From assembly GCA_002104905.1 (NCBI GenBank), contig MCFE01000290.1:1-64000 (forward strand): a DNA stretch of 64,000 nt, read 5' to 3'. Made by a program: the position numbers and the translations under genes. Within the stretch, counting starts at the first letter, position 1; each line of letters starts with the position of its first letter. A model generated the notes under the pieces. It saw only the letters and a program-made list of their open reading frames with translations. It was not told the DNA's origin and ran no database searches. The stretch is from Basidiobolus meristosporus CBS 931.73. Taxonomy: Eukaryota > Fungi > Basidiobolomycota. Of this stretch, positions 1-11,100 are shown one piece after another.

Positions 1-135
1 CGAATATGCAATAAATGTACGTGAGGATATGCAAGCTATCTCAAGTAAATAAAAAATGTGATCTTTGCTTATTGCTTCATTGAGTAAGTGTATAGATCAC
101 TACATAATTGCTACTATAGTGGTAACATTGAGAAG

Positions 136-1521
136 CTAGAAACTATTGAGGAACGTAACGTAATCAGAATCTTGAATATCTAATAGGCTAAGTGCTGCCT
201 CACGAGATTCCGTACTGATGCGCTCATAAAGCTCCCGATCGTTCAACAACAGGTTTATCTCATCAATCCAAGGTTGAATATCGTTCTGGGGGATTTTAAG
301 CGGGCCGTGGCGTTTGATTTCCTCTTCATCGAGTTCTCGTTCGTTGGTTGCTAGCACCACTGGAATGGTTCCTCGAAGAATGCCACACTTGGCTTCTGGT
401 ACTCCGCCGGCATTACTGCACACTACTGGGATACCCCTAAGCATAGCTTCCACTACAACATTACCAAAAGTCTCCAGCCAAATTGATGGGACAACTAGGA
501 TCTTGGTACGCTGCCAGACTGGTTCCAGAGTGGGCATTGGAGCTAAGAGCTCAACATTTGGCAGGTCAGCTAGCTGAGATGCTTGGTACTCTGAGACGTC
601 CCAACTTCTTACGGCAAGGAATTTGGTATCTGGCATAGCCACGGCCAATGGATAAAATATGGAGAAGCCTTTCAGAGTCCCCGGGTTTATAGCCAATACA
701 CGAGCCTCTGGATTATCAAAATTTGCGTATTTTGGGGCGTTGGCAACGTCAAAGCGACTGGGGTGCAATGGAAAGTGCTTTACGGGGATACGAGTACTGC
801 CGTACCTATAGATATACTCTTGAACTGCCTTACTAACGGCCCATACCCCCGTTACCTTAGATTCCAATAGCTTCGTGTAGGTTGGATTGAAATCCTCCGG
901 CCACGTAGCAGATATTACTGGATTCACGTCTTGAGGGCCAAATGGCAAAATGTTGGTAACATGCGTGATGGCAATGGTTTTGATACCACTTTTCTCTTGT
1001 GGCATGAATTCCGAGGCGGCAAATTGAGAAATGAGGTCGCTATATAAAAAATGGGATGGCTGGAACTGGCGTACTTCCTTACGGATTAAGTTCGTGTAAA
1101 AATCCAGCATCTTATTTTCACCCTTTCCTAGTAGCCACTCGGATGGGAACATTTGTGGGAGAAACCCGTTACCCCCAAGGTCATCAATACAGTATGCGAC
1201 CATGGAGATTTGATTTACTGTCAGTCTGTAGAGGCGCACCTCCTTGGGTTGTTCTGTTGGTGGGTGGATGATTTCAACGGAGTTGATTGTTACTTGCTTG
1301 TCCTCAACTTCATGAGCAAAACAGCCAAGAAATAAAAGTGCCTCATGGCCCTGTAAGCTTAATGCCTCCAGTAATGACTTATCCGAGCGCGGTCCTCCAG
1401 CGGCTGCGAATAGTCCGGGGAATACCTGAACTACCATAATACGGATATGGTCATCTTCTGAAAGGTGCCCACTGCTTGCTGAGGACAGATGCTCACTACT
1501 GGGCTTGAGGGTTGTCAACAT
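136..1521 (-). CDS. Glycosyltransferase, GT-B fold, family GT4-like (intronless, 461 aa)
   Basis: ATG at 1521, uninterrupted ORF. Retaining GT-B signature ILVVPSIWLETFGNVVVEAMLRGIPVVCSNAGGVPEA (E-x7-E), N-terminal GG..KSLLEALSLQGHE loop, and NPGTLKGFSIF motif. Confidence 0.9.
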   Translation of the reverse strand: MLTTLKPSSEHLSSASSGHLSEDDHIRIMVVQVFPGLFAAAGGPRSDKSLLEALSLQGHEALLFLGCFAHEVEDKQVTINSVEIIHPPTEQPKEVRLYRLTVNQISMVAYCIDDLGGNGFLPQMFPSEWLLGKGENKMLDFYTNLIRKEVRQFQPSHFLYSDLISQFAASEFMPQEKSGIKTIAITHVTNILPFGPQDVNPVISATWPEDFNPTYTKLLESKVTGVWAVSKAVQEYIYRYGSTRIPVKHFPLHPSRFDVANAPKYANFDNPEARVLAINPGTLKGFSIFYPLAVAMPDTKFLAVRSWDVSEYQASQLADLPNVELLAPMPTLEPVWQRTKILVVPSIWLETFGNVVVEAMLRGIPVVCSNAGGVPEAKCGILRGTIPVVLATNERELDEEEIKRHGPLKIPQNDIQPWIDEINLLLNDRELYERISTESREAALSLLDIQDSDYVTFLNSF

Positions 1522-2127
1522 TGATGTATTGAGCTACTATAGGCGCTATCACTTTCCAGGGTGGGCTATTTATAGCGTCAATAGCACTAACACGACTTGA
1601 TTCAGCCCAGCTCTTATTTTATCTGTGTTGGGCGAAAGGAATAATGAATAGCAGCCATGTACTGAGTCAACAGTACCTTGTATCACATGCAGGCTGCTGG
1701 CTCTCTAATATGGCTATATTTGCTACGTTTCCATAGATATGGAGCTGCAAGAAGTCCTAAAATTCAGGTATTTTCAATACAATATCCCACTGGTGTAACT
1801 CCTAATTGTGTGAAGTGTAACCTAGAGTAAAATTCTTGTTGGGTTAGTAGACTTCATTTGTGGACCAAGTGCGTTCACTTCGACTGGCGATTATCGCTGC
1901 TATATTGAGTGTATGTGCACAAACACTGAATTAGAACTCCATTAACAACAAGCAATTAGTTACGTGGCTAGAATACTGCGGCTTATTCGATGAAGTCTAA
2001 TTTCAGCAGTTTATCTTAGCTTTGCTGAGTGGATTTTGTATGGACTGAGGTGCCAAATATGTTTAGAAAATAAATTTTCCCCCTTTAAGACCTAGTGTTT
2101 TATTATCGATTCTGGAGTGAGCCAGCC

Positions 2128-5100
2128 CTATTGAAGGTATCGTGCAATTTTGGAAATATGAGGGTCAAACATTAGCTCGTGGTGATGAGCGTCAATGGTG
2201 TGAATGGCTACTCGTGAGGAGTACTTCGACCATCCATAACACACTGACTCGTTGTCATTGACTCGCCTGTTTGAGGTGGCTTTAACCAAAACAACTTTGG
2301 CATTCAGCTTCTTCTCTGGTGGGCGGTATTTCCTCATCAAGCGTGTGTTGCACTCAATTTTGTTGCAGATCATGTGAGCTGCAGATTCGTCAATGTTCCA
2401 TTGGCCCAAGCGCGAAATCAAATCGAGATACTCTTGGCTGGAATAAATATCCATATTGACTTTTGTGGAAGCTATTGGAGCTAGAGCGTCAATAACAGTT
2501 ACTCTTGCTACCTCCGAGCCCTCCGCCTCCAGTTGACGTGCGGCCTCGAATGCTACTAGTCCCCCAAAAGAGTACCCGTGCAGGTGATAGGGTCCTTCTG
2601 CCTGAACCTGGCGAATCGCCACCAAATATCTGGCTGCCATCGCCTCGATAGATTCGAACGATACGGTTGTACCTAGAGTTGGGTCACTAATCGAATAAAG
2701 GGTATGGTTCATATGCTCACGGAGCAACTCGAAATAGCTTGATATCCCAATGACACAATGTATGATAAACATAGGTGCACCGGTCGCTTTACAAATGAGC
2801 GATAAACACTCATCTAGAGGGTGTGTGACTGAGCTGCCAGTGGTAGCGTTTAAGAAGCAATTTTCTGCGGATTCGGCAGGACTAATATAGGCTCCGTCGT
2901 ATGGAAGCAAGGTCGAATTTGAGGTATTCCTGGGAATTCCAGGATCCTCCTTTGATATGGATACCACTGCGTCGATCATTGCTGCCTCCCAGGCATTAAC
3001 CCAAGTTTGCACCTGTAGTTCAGAGTGTAATTCTTGGCTGTAGACAATGGTCGCTTCAAGCTCCTCGTCTATGTATCTCGCTGCGCAGTTGAAAATCTGC
3101 TGGCGTCTCCATTCTGGTGCGACACTTTGCAAGTCAAAACTGTATTTGGACTCCGATGTGATTGGCTGCAACAACTGGTGGCTTTCAAGTTTAAACGATT
3201 TTGGCATGTATCCAAAGGAGATTTGCAGTGGATCATGATCATGCTCGTCGTTGGTCTTATTACAGTATCTTTGAAGCCCATAAACTACCTCATTTCCTTG
3301 AATTTGCCGCCTCTGAGCCATGATTTGACGAATTACATCAAGAATGGTATCTTTTGCTGTGACTGAGACAGACACAGGATAGATATTGGTGAACCATCCT
3401 ACTGTTCTGGAGATATCGATGCTACTATCCCAAGCTTGGCGACCATGAAACTCCAAGGCCACTAAAAGCGAATGTCTTTCAAACACAGAGCAAAAAGAAT
3501 ATGCCAGAGAAGCAATAAGCAAATCCAATACTCCTACAGAGGCAGAATAGCCGCAAAAACTGTTGGCCAACTTGGAAAAGTACGCGTTTAACTTAAATGA
3601 GAGGGAGCGTGAGGATCCAACGGTATTTTTGGCAAGTAAAGAAGGATCGGAACACAACGGCTCAACAACTGGTTGCTTTGGCCACAAAGAGCTATCCAAA
3701 CTCCTTCCGTAGTCGGCAAGCATCCTACTCCACTTCATGAATGACATCGACTTGTAGTTGCACTCCTTTCCTTGAAGCAGCTGCTCAAGATCGTCCCATA
3801 TTATGCGCCAGGAGACAAGATCAATGATGTAGTGGTGAACAGTCATGAAGATCAGCTGCTCTCCCTCGGGGGTGTCGTATAAGGCAAACTGGAACAGAGG
3901 CCCGGTCACGATGTTAAGGCTGCGTTGAAGCTGATGAACATGAGAGCGGATCTCATCAACTGACTCTATATGGCGATGGTGCACTTGAATCATATCTTCA
4001 GCCACTGGAAAGATTTTTAATTCCCAATTACCATTAGCAATAGCGAAACGGGCTCGGAGTATATCGTGCTTTTCAATCAACTTGTATATGGATTTAGTTA
4101 AGGCTTCGCTACTAATAGGCTCCCGGACTTGAAGGAGCCAAGCTTGATTGAATTGATTGACATTCGTTTGTTTAATTCCCAAAAACATTCGCTGATTGGG
4201 TGTCAGTGGAACCGGCCCTTCGGTTATATTATCCTCGGAATGCTTCTCCGTTTTGTCAGATTCCAAATATTGAGCAAGCCTGCCAATCGTCTGATACTGC
4301 AGTATGTTTTGTACTGAAAGATGCATATTTGCTTTACGGCAACTAGAGGAAACTTGAATTGCAAGAATAGAATCTCCGCCAAGGCTCTGGAAGCTTTCAT
4401 TGATGCCAATCTTCTCCTCGGGGCAATCAAGAACCTCGGACCAAATCTTCTGAATAGAACTTTCAACTGCCGTACGAGGTGATATAGGAGTAATGTTGCG
4501 ACGGAAACCAAAATTGCCTACTCCCTCAATATTGATTTGCTCAAAGATTGTACTGAGAGATCTCCGATCGACCTTCCCGCTCGAGTTGGTTGGCAATCTG
4601 CTTAAAGGTACCCACTCGACAGGCACCATGTAGTGTGGTAGCTTATTCTGAACATGGGCTCGAATTTCTTCCATGTAAGTTGAAAAGTGGTAGTCCTGTA
4701 TTACTTTCACGTCCATGTCTTCGACTCGCTCATTCAAAGAAACAAACGCTACTAATACCTTGCGGTTAGTTGTTTTGTCAACCACTAACAGCAAAGTACA
4801 CGCGCGAGCGACCTTAGGATGTTCATGTAGGGCGTGGTCAATCTCATCCAGCTCAATTCGTAAGCCGTGCAGTTTGATCTGGTTGTCTTTCCTGCCATTC
4901 AATTCGATCGAACCATCCGAGTTGAAGCGTGCTAAGTCCCCTGTACGATACATGTATTTGCCATTCCCAAATGGATTCTTGACAAATACAGACTCCGTAA
5001 GAGTGGGCCTATTTAGATACCCACGAGCAAGTTGTGGGCCTGAGATGCATAGTTCACCTACAACTCCTGTTGGTACTTGTCGCAAGTCAGAGTCAACAAT

Positions 5101-8100
5101 GTGCACAATGTTAAAGCCTATTGGCTTTCCGACATTACTACAAGATGTATTTGTACTAAGCGATTGTTGAATTGTTACCGCAACTGCAGCTTCAGTCGGT
5201 CCGTAACCATTACTCAATTGAACATGCGGCGCCCAGGTATCACGGATTGTTGTAGTCATCATCTCACCACCAAGTTGCAGTTTTTTGAGGCTGGGGACTG
5301 ATTTCGGCCGAATTTTACCGGCGATCGTTGTAGTAAGGTTCGCGCAGGTAACATCCATAGATCGCATCACGCTGTCAAGTGAAGAAAGAAGCGCGGGTCT
5401 TGATTCCATACATACACGGGCTCCTGAGAGTAGCGAACAATATATATCAAGAACTGAGGCGTCAAAGGTGTAGCTCGCAAATTGTAACACTGCATCTTCT
5501 TCAGTCAGATTCCATATTTCTTGCTGTGCACGGACAAAGCTGAGCACAGCAGAATGCTCCATCAAAACGCCTTTCGGGGCTCCGGTAGATCCCGATGTAT
5601 ATATGATATAGCATAAGGCTTCCGGTGTTAGATTGCTGACAACGGGATTATCGGATGAGTACTTTTCTATAGCCTCCTGGTCTTTGCTGAGCAATACTAG
5701 AGTCTGACCTTCGAACTTCTCTTTATGATCCTCGGCAGTAACAATTATTGTAGCTTTAGTGTCCTTCACTATAAATCTGACGCGTTCAATAGGATGATCA
5801 GGATCAATTGGCACATAGGCCCCGCCCGCCTTTAGGATAGCCAACATTGCCACTATCATATCTATAGACTTATCAAAACATATGGGTACCATGGATTCAG
5901 CAGTGATCCCAAGACTGAGGAGATAGTTTGCTAGGCGATTGGCTCGTTTGTTGAGTTCTGAATACGTGATGAACATGGTAACTCCAAATTGTACCGCTAT
6001 ATTGCTGGGAGTACGCAATACTTGGCGCTCGAACTCGTTGTGAATACAAGATTTTGATAGCGCGTCGCCCAATGAAGCATTAGTCGAAGCATAGACGCAG
6101 TCATGCAATACGCAACTTATATCTCCAAGTAGAGCATCTGATTTGGCATGAATCAAACTATCGAAAAGCTTTGAGTAATCCCTAGCAATAATTTTAGCAT
6201 TGGCTGTATCAGCGATCTTCCCACTAATATCCAGACGATACGTTAGTCTTGAGCTATCTGGACCAATTAGTAGAGTTAGTGGGTACTACAAGTAAGAATA
6301 AATGATCAGTATATAAGCTGCATAGAAGATGAACTATTACGAAGTTACAAACCTCAGTAGTCTCCGCATCTTGACAAGGAACTAATTTTAGTCGATTTGC
6401 ACTAATTTCCCCCAGTTCAGAATTAGTAGAGAGCATACTAGAAGGTAGATAGTTGATGGCAGTATCGATAAGTGGTGAGGTTTCCGTCCAATGCTCAATA
6501 TTACGAAGACTGCTTTGCTGGTACGAAATAGTTGAAGCATAATCTTGCTGTATTTCTTGGAGCCAGCCATGTATTGGCGCTTGTTCGTCGTATCGAATGC
6601 GACATGGTAGCATATTTATGCAAGGCCCCACTATTCTGTCGATGCCTTTGATCTCACTATTTCTCCCATCTACCACATACCCGAAAGTTACATCCTTAGC
6701 TTGAGTGTACATTTTCAGTAGCATTGCCCAAGATGCCTGAATTAGTGTAAATAGAGTTACACCCGACCTTCTGGCAAATTGCAGTATCTCAGATAAAGGT
6801 GTCTCAATAGAGCTATATATCTGTGACTTTTCGCAGTCTGTACGATGGACACTCAACTTTGGAAATGGTAGATTTTCGACACCACTCAACTTGTTTTGCC
6901 AGAATTGCGTTTCTTTTGTGGAACTTTCGTGAGTTCGGAGTAGCATGCGGGAGATGAAGCTCTTAAATGGGTATGTCACCGGTCGTAGAGTTGAGTGATA
7001 TACAGCCTCAAAGTCAGCAAGAATCAGCTTCCACGACGTTGCATCCAGGATAGCATGATGCCAGCTAATAACTAGTTCACTGATACCGGTGTTTGTTTCC
7101 AACAGTGCAAATCGCATTGCCGGCTCCCCAAGAGGAAAGCTCGCAATCTTATCTTCTGCAAGATACGCCATCCGCTCACTCTGGACGCTATCTTCGTCAC
7201 ATACGATATGGACCCATTGATGATCAGAGTTCTTGACAACCACTTGGAGGAATATAGGGCCGTTCTTTTGGATGATAGGGTTCTGCACAAAAACGGTACG
7301 TAAAATAGGATGTGTATCAACAACAGTTTTCCACGCCTTTTTAAGTTGGGTAATGTTGGATGAGCCAATAAGCTGATATGTCTGCTGCACATGATAATAC
7401 TCGGGGTTCTTTAGCATTCCTGCTATAAGGCCTTCTTGTAGATGTGTACATGGCAAGATATCATCAACCGCCGTGGTATCGATACCGCTCTCCGGAAGTT
7501 TTTGATGATAAAGAAGATGAAAATCTGCCTCCGAAAGAGGAAGTAACGGAAAATCACTTCGAGTGTGCTCACTCCGACTAACATGCACACAAAGCTCGAT
7601 TATAGTATGCAGAGCCTCTTCCCACTCCTTAAGCCATAAAGAAACAGTCTCTTGTGAGTGTAACGCCGTGCTAAAAGTGATCGTTGCCTCTAAAAGGCCG
7701 CGATTCACACCAACCGAAATATCAAATACATGATTCCTCTTCCAATCATCAGAGATTTGGCAAGTATCAAAATCGTATTCATCATCCGGTTGTTGGAAGA
7801 AGGCATCTGCCTTTTCGAGTTGCTGAAATCGACCAACATAATTGAATCCAATTTGAATTTTGTCATTTCTCAGCCTGTTGTCGGGGCCGCTCAAGTGACT
7901 TAGCAAACCGTAGGAAAAACCGTTGTTTGGTATCATCTTTCTTATGTCCTTGACATTTTTTAAGGTAGCGAGCGCATTTTCCGTTTGTGCTGGTTTTATA
8001 GTTATAGGGTATATCGACGTGAACCAACCAATCGTTCGAGATGTATCAATATCTTCGCACCAAGCTTCTCTACCATGGCTCTCCATTCCAATTGTCAAAG

Positions 8101-11100
8101 ATTCTGAATTGAATACATTGCAATATGCAATAGCTAGTGAAGAAATCATCAAATCGAGGGCTTCAGTTTGAAATGCATGATTGCATACTCCAAATAGGTT
8201 TTCAGTTTGCTCGTTACTTATGTTGAATGAAATCATTTTCGTGGTTGACATTAGATTCTTTTCAAGTGCGTAATCATCAGCTACTGGTTGCACCACAGGA
8301 TATTTCGTCCATAAACTTATATCCAATGTCTTAGCATAATCATTTAGCATCCTGCTCCACTTCATGAATGACATCGACTTGTAGTTGCACTCCTTTCCTT
8401 GAAGCAGCTGCTCAAGATCGTCCCATATTATGCGCCAGGAGACAAGATCAATGATGTAGTGGTGAACAGTCATGAAGATCAGCTGCTCTCCCTCGGGGGT
8501 GTCGTATAAGGCAAACTGGAACAGAGGCCCGGTCACGATGTTAAGGCTGCGTTGAAGCTGATGAACATGAGAGCGGATCTCGTCAACTGACTCTATACGG
8601 CGATGGTGCACCTTGAACTGTACCTCAGCTGGTGGGAGCACACTCAACACTGGGTTCTCTTCAATATTAGAGAAGCGGGCACGCAGCATATCATGATTAT
8701 CAACGATTACTCTTAAGGCGTTCAAAAGTGCGTTGTGAGTAGTTGGTTTTTGCAGCCGAAGTAGCCAAGATTGGTTAAAATGATGCACATTTGTTTGTTT
8801 TTGCTCTAGGAAGTATGCTAGAATAGGTGTCAAAGGCACGAAACCATTGAGGTCTTCTGCTATCATATCAGTTTTTTCGGTAATCTGTGTGGATGCCAGC
8901 GCTAATTCTCGGATAGTGGAATTTTGCATGATTTGCTGAACACTTAAGAAAATGCCTTTTTGTCGACATAGCGAAGAGACACGAATTGCTGATATCGAGT
9001 CACCCCCTAGGTGATAGAACAAATCATTCACACCAATGCTTGTGACATCGATGTTAAGTGTTTCTGCCCATATCGCTTGCAGCGCTTTCTCAAGTGTAGT
9101 CGAGCACTCTGACTTCGTCTGATTCGAAGATGAAAAGATCAACATACTTTCTCTGCTCAAGTCAGCAACGGTAGCGGATAGGGCTTTGCGATCAATCTTT
9201 CCACTATTATTTCTTGGCATTGTGTTAAGTGGCACCCAGAGGCTAGGGATCATATACGGAGGAAGCCTCATTATAACAAGCTCTCTAACTTCCTTGATAA
9301 AATTGGCAAGCATCCCGGAGTCGGCGTTAGTAAGCATTCTGACATCGCCAGCGTCTTTATCAAATCCATCGAACGTCAGGAATGCCACTAACGTGTTATG
9401 ATCCATATTAGAACCACTATCCATCAGAACAACACAAGCTCGTTTGACTTCTGAGTGCTCATGTATAGCATGTTCTATCTCATCCAACTCTATTCTTAAG
9501 CCACGTAACTTTATCTGGTTGTCTCTTCTTCCCATCAACTCAATAGAACCATCGAAATTAAAACGGGCCAGATCACCAGTACGATATAAACGTTCTCCAT
9601 CTAGATATGGATTCGGTACGAACGCCGCTGCGGTTTGCTCCGGTCGATTTAGATAGCTACGAGCAAGTTGAGCTCCTGAAATACATAGTTCACCAACAGC
9701 TCCAAGCGGGGTCAAGCGCAATTTGGAATCCATGATATAGATCCTATTGTTTGATAGAGGTTTGCCGATATTGCTACATGAGGTTTTAGCGCTCAATGAC
9801 TTGTTTACAAGCACCGCAACCGCAGCTTCGGTTGGCCCATATGCATTGCTTAATTGAACATGGGGGGCCCAAGTATCGCGTATTGTAGCGGTCATCATTT
9901 CCCCACCGACACATAACTTTCGTAAATTTCGAAGATTATTCGGGTTCAGGAGGCTCAACACTGTTGGGGTAAACATTGCGGAGGTGATATTCATCCCAGA
10001 AATTGCTTCATCGATATTCTCATGGAATATTTTCTTGCTTGCAATACAGGCTCGGGCTCCAAATAGTAAGGGAACATATACCTCAATTACAAACAGATCG
10101 AACGTGTAATTAGCCATTTGTAGTACTGAATCATTAACAGACAGTTTCCATATATCCTGCATCCCATTAATGAAGTTTGCTACAGAGCCATGCTCTAAAA
10201 GTACGCCTTTGGGAAGTCCGGTGGATCCCGATGTATAAATGGCATAGCACAGATTTGCTGCAGTTATGCCTATCACGGCTGGATTCGGAGATGAATACTC
10301 CTCAACTGGCTGATCTTCGATGATCACAACTGTCGTCACAACTCCGTCAAACTTGTGCCTATATTGGCTGTTGGCGACCACGATATTTGATCGAGTTTCC
10401 TCGATGATGAACCGATTACGATCATCCGGGTTACCAGGATCCAATGGAACATACGCACCTCCCGATTTCAGAATGGCCAACAAGGTGACGATCATGTTCA
10501 CCGATCGATCAAGACACACAGGCACGAGGGTTTCTATGTTGACACCGATATCTATCAGATGGTGTGCAAGTCGGTTGGCGCGACAGTTCAGCTCATGGTA
10601 CGTCACGAATTCCTCATTCTCGAACTGGACTGCGATGTTGTCTGGCGTACGTAGGACTTGTTCCTCAAATAGTGTATGGATGCAGCACTCGGGCGAGTTT
10701 CTGGTGAACGAGCCGCTCCACTGTCGCAGCAGCTCATACTCCTTACTAGAGATGATGCCGAAGTCATCAACCCGAGTCTCAGCGTTGTCTGGTATGGACA
10801 GTAGTGCTGTCTTCATATGCTCGAAAATCCACTTGGCCTCGTCATTGTGGATGAGATTCTCGTCGTACAGGATTGACAGCTCGTGCCCATCTGCCCCGGT
10901 GGCGAGTTCCACCACAACGGCATAGTTGCTTGGCATTGTTGCCTTGACAACCTCCATCCCAATCGAGTGCAGGCCATGTCCCAACTGGTCAATGTCGAGA
11001 TTCTGCACTGCCAACAAAGAGTCGAATAACGAGCTACCAAGTTCACCGACACACAGCTTCTGAATATCCTGCAACCCAATATTCTGGAATCGATGTTGCT

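Noticed and set aside
2128-6156. 1342-aa ORF as a separate standalone NRPS
   Set aside because: It starts at a TTG mid-C-domain and joins the upstream ORF in frame through a 67-nt intron.
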